Shown here: positions 10,748 to 19,652 of the stretch, one piece after another | Position numbering within the stretch: position 1 is the first letter of the stretch | Layout of the letters: each line of letters opens with the position of its first letter | Source: Nitrospinales bacterium | GTDB lineage: Bacteria > Nitrospinota > Nitrospinia > Nitrospinales > JAJDAT01 | Direction: 5' to 3' | Assembly: GCA_046757665.1 (NCBI GenBank) | Contig: JBHHYO010000017.1 | Coordinates: forward strand, 1 to 37,559 | DNA: 37,559 nt | The notes under the pieces: generated by a model | Databases searched by the model: none | What the model was told of the DNA's origin: nothing | What the model saw: only the letters and a program-made list of their open reading frames with translations | Program-made: the position numbers and the translations under genes

Positions 10748-11794
10748 ATGGGGAAAAAACTGATCGCGGTAGTCAATTCGGATGTTCCCTTCATTCATGG
10801 CGGACACCGCCTGATCGCCAGCACCCTGATCCAGAAATTGAGGGAGTACGGTTATGAGTCGGATTTGATCCAAACCCCTTCCAATCCTTCCAACCGCATG
10901 TTCTCGGGCTATCTGGCCAACGTCCTGACTTGTGTGGAGAAAACCGGGGACGGTCGGACCATCGACCAGGTGATTTCCATGCGGTATCCGTCGTACGCGG
11001 TTTACCATCCGGTTCATGTTTGCTGGGTGTTGCACCGGATGCGCGAATACTATGACCTGTGGCCGCACGTGAAAAAAAATATGGCGGGGCTACACCTGTT
11101 GTATCATCATGCCCGCCGCTTCCTGGTTCATCGCCTGGACCATTATTACCTGTCGCGTTTGCACAAGGTGTTTGCCTTGTCGCAAACCGTGCAAAAGCGG
11201 TTGAGCCGGTGGGGGAACATTGCCTCGGAACCTCTTTATCCGCCGCCCATCCCCCGGGATTATCGAACCGAGGGATACGAACCGTTTATCTATACGGTCT
11301 CCCGCCTCGTCTCTCACAAAAGAATCAACCTGCTCCTGGAGGCGCTGGCGCTGACCCGCGACGATTCGATCCAGGCGGTGGTTGCCGGGACGGGACCCGA
11401 AATGGATCCTCTCATCAAGTTGGCGAAATCACGCGGCATCGACCGTCGCGTCACCTTCACGGGCATGATTTCGGAGGAGGAGTCCACGAAATATTTTGCC
11501 CGATGCCGGGCGGTTTACTTTTCTCCCTTTCAGGAGGATTATGGATTTGTTACTCTGGAAGCCTTTCTTTCCGGAAAACCTGTTTTGACCACCGACGACA
11601 GCGGCGGCCCCGCGGAGCTGGTGGAAAACGATGTCAACGGTTTCGTAACGGAAGCGCAACCGCAACAAGTCGCCGAAAAAATCGACCTCCTCATTCAGGA
11701 AGAAACACTGGCGCAATCCCTCGGCGAGGCGGGCCGCGCAAAGGCCAGGGGCATCACCTGGGAAAAGGCCATCGAGAAACTGGTGGTTCCGTAG
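10748..11794 (+). CDS. GT4 glycosyltransferase
   Basis: VPFIHGG, VSRLVSHKRINLL, PFQEDYGFVTLEAF, DSGGPAELV. Confidence 0.9.
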   Translation: MGKKLIAVVNSDVPFIHGGHRLIASTLIQKLREYGYESDLIQTPSNPSNRMFSGYLANVLTCVEKTGDGRTIDQVISMRYPSYAVYHPVHVCWVLHRMREYYDLWPHVKKNMAGLHLLYHHARRFLVHRLDHYYLSRLHKVFALSQTVQKRLSRWGNIASEPLYPPPIPRDYRTEGYEPFIYTVSRLVSHKRINLLLEALALTRDDSIQAVVAGTGPEMDPLIKLAKSRGIDRRVTFTGMISEEESTKYFARCRAVYFSPFQEDYGFVTLEAFLSGKPVLTTDDSGGPAELVENDVNGFVTEAQPQQVAEKIDLLIQEETLAQSLGEAGRAKARGITWEKAIEKLVVP

Positions 11795-11831
11795 CGCCAG
11801 GATATGCCTTCGCATCGCCGGCCCGAATATT

Positions 11832-13349
11832 ATGAAAGCCTACCTTTTAAGATACATCGCCGACACGGCGTACCGTTTCACCCGAATTTTTTACCGCTTC
11901 CGCAAGTCAAATTTTTATTGCGAGCAGTTGTGGCTTCGGGTCAGCATCCTTCAAGACGGCCGGATAGAGCCCTGCAACTGCGCCATATCGCAAATGGAGC
12001 CTCAGCGTCCGGCATCCTCCATCCATGAGGCATGGAACCATTCCATTTTCCGGCAAACCCGGCGGCACCTCACGGGAAAAATAGCGGGCGGCGGGGACAT
12101 CCCCTCGGCGCGCCGGGATATTTTCGACTGTTGCGCTTCGTGCCCCGTGGCGCCGTATCAACGGTTCGACTGGAAATTCTTGAAGGAGATGATGCGCCGA
12201 TGCGCCTACCGGAGGGCGAACAACAACACCTGGCTGATGCTCAAGAAGCTGAACAACTACAGAAAGCTGGTCACCCAGGCCAACACGGGCGCGTCAACCA
12301 TTGATGCGTATCCGATTTTCGCCAACATCGACCCCGCCAACCTGTGCAACCTGAGGTGTCCGGAATGCCTGGTCGGCAACGGCGAAATCACTCACGCCCG
12401 GGGATTCATGAGTCTGACTGCGTATGAAAACCTCATGCGGGAAATCGGCCCGCACCTGTTCTACCTGGAACTGTACCGGTACGGCGAGCCCCTGTTGAAC
12501 AAGGACATCGTCCAGATGATCGAGCTGGCGGCGAAGCAATACGGCATCGTGTCCCGCATTTCCACCAACTTTGCCATGCCGTTGTCGGAGGAATTTCTGC
12601 GCGGCCTGGTCGGTTCCGGGTTGTCCCACATCATTATCGCGGCGGACGATATACAGCAGGACCTCTATGAAAAGTACCGCCGCGGCGGAGAGGTCAGCCG
12701 GGTGATCGAAAACCTGAAAACGCTGGTGCGGATCAAAAAAGAAACGCGGTCCCCGACGCCGCACATCCGCTGGCAAATGCTGGTGTTCAATTTCAATGAA
12801 CACCGCAAGCAGGAAATCGAACGGTTCGTCCGGGACCTGGGAGTGGATGACGTCGATTTCGCGCCGGCGTACCTGTCCCCGAAAAACTATCACCTGCTCC
12901 CGGAAAGCGACCGGGCGCGAGGCAGAAAGGCCGAGCGAAAGGCCCAGATCGTCCACGCCAAAGCAACGCCGGAGGCCATCGGCCTCGGCGAGCCGTTCAC
13001 CCTGGAAGTGGAGGTTCTGCAAAACGTTTTCAAGGAACCCATACCGGTCTCGCCAAAAGACGGCGGCATCCGCGTCGGCGTCAAGCTGGCGGGCGAAAAC
13101 AAGGAGGAGATGGAAGAGCCCGGATTCACGGAGCGACTGTTGTTTGAAAAACCGCTGGCGCCGGGCGAACGAGTCACGCTTGCCCGGAAGCTGACCCTCC
13201 CGGAAACCGTTGACCGCGACAGTGTGCGGTTTTTAAAAATCGATCTGGTTATGGAACACAAATTCTGGTTTGAACAGAACATGGAAATCCAGAGCCGGCC
13301 TTATTTCCTGCCGGTCGAGCTAAAAAAACAATCCGCCGCGGAGTGTTAA
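11832..13349 (+). CDS. Radical SAM protein with N-terminal SPASM-like domain and C-terminal Ig-like domain
   Basis: CNLRCPEC at 12345-12368, YGEPLLN, ISTN; N-terminal CEQLW..ILQDGRIEPC..EAWN..CCASC. Confidence 0.85.
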   Translation: MKAYLLRYIADTAYRFTRIFYRFRKSNFYCEQLWLRVSILQDGRIEPCNCAISQMEPQRPASSIHEAWNHSIFRQTRRHLTGKIAGGGDIPSARRDIFDCCASCPVAPYQRFDWKFLKEMMRRCAYRRANNNTWLMLKKLNNYRKLVTQANTGASTIDAYPIFANIDPANLCNLRCPECLVGNGEITHARGFMSLTAYENLMREIGPHLFYLELYRYGEPLLNKDIVQMIELAAKQYGIVSRISTNFAMPLSEEFLRGLVGSGLSHIIIAADDIQQDLYEKYRRGGEVSRVIENLKTLVRIKKETRSPTPHIRWQMLVFNFNEHRKQEIERFVRDLGVDDVDFAPAYLSPKNYHLLPESDRARGRKAERKAQIVHAKATPEAIGLGEPFTLEVEVLQNVFKEPIPVSPKDGGIRVGVKLAGENKEEMEEPGFTERLLFEKPLAPGERVTLARKLTLPETVDRDSVRFLKIDLVMEHKFWFEQNMEIQSRPYFLPVELKKQSAAEC

Positions 13350-14524
13350 ACTTTTTTTCCCATCACCGCGTAGTCCTGAAAACCGTATAGCAGGCTGTTG
13401 AGTTGTTCCACATTCCGGTTCAGCCGCCGAATCGCCTCTTCATCCAGGCCACCCGGCTCTTCCGGCAACGGCAGGGGTTGCAACTGCACTTCCTCCGAGA
13501 AGGGCGCAAGATACTCGATCTCCGTTTCCGCGAATCCGGCGGACTCCAAAAGGAACTTGATGGCCTCCGGATGAATGGGTTTGACGTGCGAAATGTCCAG
13601 ATAAAAGCTGGAAGAGGAAACCGTGACGGACAAGGGGTTCGGGGTTTCAAAAGCGATGGGCGCGCCTTTTTTGAGTTTCCGGCAACAGAGCTTGACGAAA
13701 TCTTGCAGAGCCGGGGTTTCCAGATGCTCGATGATATGCGAGGCGAAGACGCCGCCCAATGATGCGTCGGCGAGGCCGTTCAAATAATCGAATGCGGAAG
13801 CGTTTTCGACTTCCAGCCCTTTCTCCCGGCAGATGTGAATCATGTCCTCGTTGCGGTCGATGCCGACGGCGGAGATTCCTTCCTGCCGCAAAATCTCAAG
13901 AAACTCGCCGCGCCCGCAACCGATGTCCAGAACGCGCTCGGCGTTTTTGAACCGGGGAAGGTAAATCTCCTGCCGTTTCTTGATACTTTCCCGACTGCCG
14001 CGGAACCGGTTTTCAAACAAAAAGTAATCATGATCCGACAGGTTTTCCCGCTCGGCGGCGATTGCCGCGGCGGCCTCCTCGGGCAAATCGTATTTCTCCC
14101 GCACTTCGGACAAAACACGTTCAAGGCGCTGTTTCATTAAAATATTTTCCTGGCGGAGTTCATCAACCTTCAGTTGAAAATACTCCGACATCCGGGCGGT
14201 CTCCGCGTACAAATATTCGGTGTCCTGCCGAAACGCAACCAGCTCGCGGGTCAGATGAGCCACCGTCTTGTTCATCACCTGGACCAGGTGGACGTTAAAG
14301 GCGGCCTGGCGGCGCAGGATGATATTGGCCGCGGGTTGCAGGAGCCTGGCGAACAGCTCTTTAACGCGGACGACCAACGCGCCGTGCCGGTGGGAAGTGA
14401 CCGCCTCGGGCGCCATCGGGTCATGCTTTTCGTTGAGCGACGTCAGGTCGGATTTGACTTCATCCTCCAGCGGGCCGAGGTGTCGCGGCCGCGCCGATTT
14501 TTTGTCCGGGTTCCGGTTGCTCAT
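13346..14524 (-). CDS. Coiled-coil plus class I SAM methyltransferase, probable polysaccharide chain terminator
   Basis: FENRFRGSRESIK, VLDIGCGRGEFL, SHIIEHL, ETPNP, QDYAV; helical N-terminal half; immediately downstream of wzt. Confidence 0.8.
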   Translation of the reverse strand: MSNRNPDKKSARPRHLGPLEDEVKSDLTSLNEKHDPMAPEAVTSHRHGALVVRVKELFARLLQPAANIILRRQAAFNVHLVQVMNKTVAHLTRELVAFRQDTEYLYAETARMSEYFQLKVDELRQENILMKQRLERVLSEVREKYDLPEEAAAAIAAERENLSDHDYFLFENRFRGSRESIKKRQEIYLPRFKNAERVLDIGCGRGEFLEILRQEGISAVGIDRNEDMIHICREKGLEVENASAFDYLNGLADASLGGVFASHIIEHLETPALQDFVKLCCRKLKKGAPIAFETPNPLSVTVSSSSFYLDISHVKPIHPEAIKFLLESAGFAETEIEYLAPFSEEVQLQPLPLPEEPGGLDEEAIRRLNRNVEQLNSLLYGFQDYAVMGKKV

Positions 14525-14552
14525 GGCTCCATGCGAAAGCAGGCTGTCGGCA

Positions 14553-16274
14553 TCATAAAAACTTTATACTCTCAACCGCGATGCCCAGTTCGCGGTCGTC
14601 GCTGGACTGCCGCGTTGCCTTGGGGTTCCAGGTTGTGTCCACCGTGATTTTTATTTTTGCGATCCCGTCCACGCGCCGGGCGAGAGGAAGCGAAATCTCC
14701 AGCCAGTCGGCGTCCTCGATGGCAAACGTTCCGCAGGCATCGCCGTTTACCGTCACGGTTCCCGTCAGCGGGCCGCGGGAAAGGTCGGCGCCGCCGGCGC
14801 AGGCCCGGATATGGATGCGGGAAAATGTTGCCTCGCCTTTCAGCAGGGTGGTCGATTCCCGGCTGGTGCGGCGAACGATTTCCCCCTGCCACTCCTCGGT
14901 ATCATACCATCCGGAAAGAAAAAAACCGGCACGATTGTCCTGGTTCATGCAAACCGCGGAGGGCGCGCCGGGAAACACCTCCGCCGCCAGAACCTTGCGG
15001 AAAACCGGGGGCTCCATGAAATTCCTGCCGACCGCCACCTCGGAACCGAAATCGGTGACTCCGGAAAAGACCGCGGTCCCCGGCGTGATTTTCAATAAGG
15101 CGGCGTCGTTCCACCAGTCATAGCACGTGGCCTTGTGAGTATCCCCGGAATGCAGGGCCGCGGTGATAAAATAATTCCCCGGCGCCAGGCGGACGTCTTG
15201 CGTGAAGGAAACGGTCATGGCTTCTCCTTCCCGGCAGTTTTCCAGAAAGATGTTTTGGTTGTAGGTGTTGGTTCCAAACACTTCCAGCCCATGCGGCGTG
15301 CGAATCATGATGCCGACCGTGAGGCTTTCCACGGGCTCCAGCGCCAGCGCGGTCACTTGAATGTTCACGGCATCGCCGCAGACAAAGGCGGAGCGCTCTT
15401 GTCCGTCCCGGTCGAACAATTTCACGCTCAGGATTCTGGCTTCGGAGGAACCGTAGCGGCGACCGGTCTTCAGGTTTTCCGTGAGGGACCCGCCGCCGCC
15501 ACGCCAGGTCGCCGGCGCTTTCAGCGATTTCACGTACTTGGCCTCGCGTTGCGCCACCAACTCCGCGTAACGGTCGATCACGTCTCCGGTTTCTCCCATG
15601 GCCAGCAGGCGCCCGTGATCCACCAGAATGGCTTGCCGGCACAGAACCTTGAGAGTCACCATGTCGTGGGACACGAAAAAAATCGTCACTCCCCGGTCGT
15701 GAAATTCCTGGATTTTTTTCAAACAGCGGCGTTGAAAAAGCGCGTCGCCCACCGCCAGGGCCTCGTCGATCAGCAGGATATCGGGATCGACGCTGATGGC
15801 AATGGAAAAAGCCAACCGCACCTGCATCCCGGAGGAGTATGTTTTGATGGGGTAATCAATGAAATCGCGCAACCCGGAAAAATCGAGGATGCTCTCGAAT
15901 TTTTCGTCGATTTCCCGGCGGGCAATTCCCATCAGGGAAGCGTTCAAATAGACGTTTGCGCGGCCGGAAAATTCCGGGTGGAACCCCATGCCCAGTTCGA
16001 TCAGGGCCGAAACCCGGCCCTGGCTTTCGATCGTCCCCTCGGAGGGATAAGTGATGCCGGCGATGAGTTTCATCAGGGTGCTTTTCCCCGATCCGTTGGC
16101 TCCCAACAGGCCGATCGCCTCGCCTTTTTTGATGCTGAAGGCGAGGTCCTTGAGCGCCCAGAATTCGGCGCCGTATTTTTTCCGGCCCAGGGAAAAAAAC
16201 TCCAGCGCCCGGTGCGAGGGTTTGGAATAGATGTCGAATTTTTTGGAAAGGTTGGCCGCCCGAATGGCAATCAT
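14553..16274 (-). CDS. wzt: Polysaccharide ABC exporter ATPase Wzt with Wzt_C carbohydrate-binding domain and an extra C-terminal domain
   Basis: Walker A GANGSGKS, signature YSSGMQVRLAF, LLIDEALAVGD, VSHD, Wzt_C (RYGSSEARI..VFGTNT..LAPGNYFIT); start placed at ATG 16274 (ATGA overlap with the wzm stop). Confidence 0.92.
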   Translation of the reverse strand: MIAIRAANLSKKFDIYSKPSHRALEFFSLGRKKYGAEFWALKDLAFSIKKGEAIGLLGANGSGKSTLMKLIAGITYPSEGTIESQGRVSALIELGMGFHPEFSGRANVYLNASLMGIARREIDEKFESILDFSGLRDFIDYPIKTYSSGMQVRLAFSIAISVDPDILLIDEALAVGDALFQRRCLKKIQEFHDRGVTIFFVSHDMVTLKVLCRQAILVDHGRLLAMGETGDVIDRYAELVAQREAKYVKSLKAPATWRGGGGSLTENLKTGRRYGSSEARILSVKLFDRDGQERSAFVCGDAVNIQVTALALEPVESLTVGIMIRTPHGLEVFGTNTYNQNIFLENCREGEAMTVSFTQDVRLAPGNYFITAALHSGDTHKATCYDWWNDAALLKITPGTAVFSGVTDFGSEVAVGRNFMEPPVFRKVLAAEVFPGAPSAVCMNQDNRAGFFLSGWYDTEEWQGEIVRRTSRESTTLLKGEATFSRIHIRACAGGADLSRGPLTGTVTVNGDACGTFAIEDADWLEISLPLARRVDGIAKIKITVDTTWNPKATRQSSDDRELGIAVESIKFL

Positions 16275-17065
16275 AATTGATCGACGAATTTCCGATGATA
16301 TTTGGTGAACAGGGTATAGCCCGCGTAAAAAACGACCAGCGAACACAGCGCGAAATAAAGAAAATTCCACGGGTCGAACGGTTGCGCCTTGAGAAACACA
16401 TCCCGGTAAATGTGCACCAGGTGGGTCATGGGATTCAACAGGTAGAGGCTCATGAACCTTTCGGGAACCAGGCTCTCCGGATAAAAAATGGGCGTCAGAA
16501 ACATCCAGACAGTCAAGGATACGCCGACGATTTGCGCCGTGTCACGGAAAAAAACATGCACGGTGGCCAGCGCGAAACTGATGCCGAGGGCAAACATCAT
16601 TTGAAACGGCAGAATGAGTACCAGCCACAAAATATGCGGACTGACAAAATGCAGGACCAGCGCGATGGCTACAACCAGAATCGCAACGCTTATCAGCCCC
16701 GTAATCAGCGAGGAACAGGCGATGTAGAAAGGCAGGATTTTCGCCGGGAACACCAGGTTTTTGATCAGGTTCGCATGGTCCACGATGGAGGTCGTGGAGC
16801 GCAACACCGTTTCCTGAAACGCCATCCAGGGGATCATGCCGCAAAACAGGTAAAGCGCGAAGTTGGCGATCCCCGGCTGGCCTCCCAGCTTGACTTTCAA
16901 GATCACCGAAAACAGGAACGTGTAAATGATCAGGCTCATGATGGGATGCGCCACGGACCAGAACAGGCCGAAGGTGGAACCGGCATAGCGGCTACGCAAA
17001 TCCCGTAGCACAAATTCTTTCAGCAGGCCTTTATTTTCGACCAGCCGGCCGATCCTGGAAATCAT
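16271..17065 (-). CDS. wzm: Polysaccharide ABC exporter permease Wzm
   Basis: RDLRSRYAGSTFGLFW, FFRDTAQ, WMFLTPIFYP, LNPMTH motifs. Confidence 0.93.
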   Translation of the reverse strand: MISRIGRLVENKGLLKEFVLRDLRSRYAGSTFGLFWSVAHPIMSLIIYTFLFSVILKVKLGGQPGIANFALYLFCGMIPWMAFQETVLRSTTSIVDHANLIKNLVFPAKILPFYIACSSLITGLISVAILVVAIALVLHFVSPHILWLVLILPFQMMFALGISFALATVHVFFRDTAQIVGVSLTVWMFLTPIFYPESLVPERFMSLYLLNPMTHLVHIYRDVFLKAQPFDPWNFLYFALCSLVVFYAGYTLFTKYHRKFVDQL

Positions 17066-17169
17066 ACTGTCGCCTCTCCCGGCCCGGATGTTGCCTGGGC
17101 CGATAACAAAATCGAATAACGTCCCTCTGTACCACGGTTCAAGCAGGTCGCAAAAATAAGTAACCGGGA

Positions 17170-17233
17170 TTGTCGCCCTTCGACAAGCTCAGGACGACAA
17201 CCAAGCTGTCACGCTGAGCCTGTCGAAGCGTGA
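17170..17233. repeat. Inverted pair of REP-like palindromes
   Basis: TTGTCGCCCTTCGACAAGCTCAGGACGACAA (17170-17200) and TCACGCTGAGCCTGTCGAAGCGTGA (17209-17233); same TTCGACAxGCTCA core as at 4481 and 26855. Confidence 0.8.
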
Positions 17234-17264
17234 AGAAACGGCTATTTATTTTTGCAACAAATTA

Positions 17265-19442
17265 CTAGTCGGCACGCGGCGCGGCGCGGCTGATATCCAG
17301 CGCGGTCAATGCCAACCCGGGAGAAGACGGCGCCTCCGGAGCAAAACCGTACGGCGGCTCCCCCGCTTGAAATCTTATTACATTTCTTCCCCGGCCCAAA
17401 AGGATTTCCCGCGCCCGGCAGACGAGCGCCACGGCGCATTCCCGGAAGTGTGTTCCCGGAAGACCGATAAACACGCGCCGGCCCGGAACGGTGGATTCAA
17501 AACGCGCCCGCAAGTCGACCGCCACGCGATCGTCCGGAGAGTACAGGACAACCGCCGCCAGGGCCGACTCCATGCGGATGTGGCCATCCCGCCGGGGCGC
17601 CCATCCCTTGCCGAATTGCACGCCGAAGCGGCGCGGCGTCCACGCTTCCTTCAGGCGGTACGTCGAGTTGACATTGATGACCCGCGGTTTTTTAAACCCG
17701 TTGAGGTGAACCGGTTCGGGCCGTCTTGCCAGCAAATCCCATTCGCCCCGCAGCGCCGAGCGCTCGCGGCCCTGATAGGTGCTGGTTGCGAAGTAGAGTT
17801 GCTTGCGTAACAGGAAATTGGTTTGCCAGAGAATTTCCCACCACATCGAACCCGGGAGATTGATGGATTTGACGGCGGGGTCATTTTCGATTTGTTTTAA
17901 CGATGCCAGGTCGGGCGTTACCGACAGGTGGTGCCTGGCCGTGTAACCGGCCAGGTGGTACGCGGCGGCCAGGTTGCAGGCCAACAACGCGGCCCCCGCC
18001 AGCACCAGGGGAATGTTTCGCCGGCGCGTTTGACGAAAAATGATCATGCCGCTCAGCAAAACCATCGGCAAAAAAAACGTCAGCAGTTTGAAGCTTCGGT
18101 AACCGCCCAGGCCCGCATCCGCGCCGTCGCGGTACGCTAAAAACAGGTAGGCCGAGAAGATGAACAGCTGTGCCGCGCCGGCCAGAAGAAAAATCCGGCG
18201 CTCGGATTTGTACGCCTGGAAAAATCCGCAAACGATCAGGACGCAAAAAAGCGCCAATCCGAGAAAAAATTCCGCGCCGTATGTCCCCGTCGCGGCGTGC
18301 AACACGATGCCCCCGCCGGGGGCGACCAGGTTGCGGATTCCCAGAAAATCCGCCGGCGAAACCAATGGAAAAAACCAGCCGAAATCGGCCGTTGTCACCA
18401 CGAAAACGGACAACAGAATCCCCGCGGCGCGTTGCGGCGACAAAATCAGCGACAGGAAAAATGTCTTGATAAGAAAATTTATCCGGGACGAAAAGTTTTC
18501 CCCGGAACCGTCGTCGATGCGGCTGAAAACAAAATAGAGCGCCACGATACCATAAACCAGCGGGAAAACCTGCGGGTAGGAAATGAGCAGTCCCCAATTG
18601 AGAAGCACGACAAACGGGAAATAAGGGAAATAATCCCCTGGGCTTTTGCAATGCTCGACGACCTTGAAATGCACCAGAAAAATCCCCAGGCTGACGGTGG
18701 TGGCCACAACCTGCGCCAGGTAGCCCTGGTAAACGATGTACCACATCAGCGGATTGAATCCATACAAAGCGGTCAGGCCGAGCGCCGCCAGGCGGTTGTA
18801 ACGCAGTGATTCCCGGGCCACGGCATAAAAAACAAACACGCCGAGCAGAAAAAAAACGTGCGTCATCAAACTTTCGATCCGGTAGGTCTCCAGCGACAGC
18901 AACGAACTTGCAAACGCCGCCGCCAGATTGGGGCCGAAATAGGACAGCTTTAAATGATAGCGGATCGTGTCCTGCTGTCCCAGGAAACCGGGCGCGTCGG
19001 ACAGGGAAAATTCCTTCAGCACCGTCGCCTTGGTGGCGGAATCGGCGATGTCGTTATTGCCCAGCGATATCGTGGTCAGGCCCTGGGCGCCGTCCATCAA
19101 GGGAATGGACAGAGCCGCAAAGGCCAGCAAGCCGATGCACAACGGCACGGCCCAGCCGCCGGCATTCGCCCATGCAAACTCTTGCCGGCGCTGTTTGCCG
19201 ATGCCGAAAATAAGAAACATCAACGGCGGCAGGCAGAGATAAACGGCGTAAGCGTCGGTTCCGCCGATATCGAAACCGTAGCAATACCACCCGGCCAGCG
19301 TGACGTAACAATAGCCCATCACCGGCGACAGGGGCAGGATGTACGCTCGCAACGCGCGTGGGCAACACAGCAGGGACAGGCCGAAGCCCAGAAAAACCAG
19401 CAAGGCCGCGAAAAGAAACGAGTAGCAAAGGAAATCGATCAT
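17265..19442 (-). CDS. Polytopic membrane protein, possible GT-C-fold transferase
   Basis: Many TM segments, acidic periplasmic loop motif (GNNDIAD), soluble C-terminal domain (FGKGW); start placed at ATG 19442 (ORF open to 19484); function inferred from context. Confidence 0.6.
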   Translation of the reverse strand: MIDFLCYSFLFAALLVFLGFGLSLLCCPRALRAYILPLSPVMGYCYVTLAGWYCYGFDIGGTDAYAVYLCLPPLMFLIFGIGKQRRQEFAWANAGGWAVPLCIGLLAFAALSIPLMDGAQGLTTISLGNNDIADSATKATVLKEFSLSDAPGFLGQQDTIRYHLKLSYFGPNLAAAFASSLLSLETYRIESLMTHVFFLLGVFVFYAVARESLRYNRLAALGLTALYGFNPLMWYIVYQGYLAQVVATTVSLGIFLVHFKVVEHCKSPGDYFPYFPFVVLLNWGLLISYPQVFPLVYGIVALYFVFSRIDDGSGENFSSRINFLIKTFFLSLILSPQRAAGILLSVFVVTTADFGWFFPLVSPADFLGIRNLVAPGGGIVLHAATGTYGAEFFLGLALFCVLIVCGFFQAYKSERRIFLLAGAAQLFIFSAYLFLAYRDGADAGLGGYRSFKLLTFFLPMVLLSGMIIFRQTRRRNIPLVLAGAALLACNLAAAYHLAGYTARHHLSVTPDLASLKQIENDPAVKSINLPGSMWWEILWQTNFLLRKQLYFATSTYQGRERSALRGEWDLLARRPEPVHLNGFKKPRVINVNSTYRLKEAWTPRRFGVQFGKGWAPRRDGHIRMESALAAVVLYSPDDRVAVDLRARFESTVPGRRVFIGLPGTHFRECAVALVCRAREILLGRGRNVIRFQAGEPPYGFAPEAPSSPGLALTALDISRAAPRAD

Positions 19443-19652
19443 GGTTTCGTTTCCGGCCTCACAAGCGGTTGATGGATACAGCAAATCGTAATAATCGGCT
19501 CAAACCGGCGCACGTATTGTACAATAAATGCCGGAATTCATTTCCGGTCCCTTGCCGTCCTTCTCAAGATAAAGGACCCGAAGCCGATACAGAATTGAAC
19601 ACGGCGGCGCCGCGGAACAAGCGCGCGGTCGAAAATCAACACCCATTAAATC

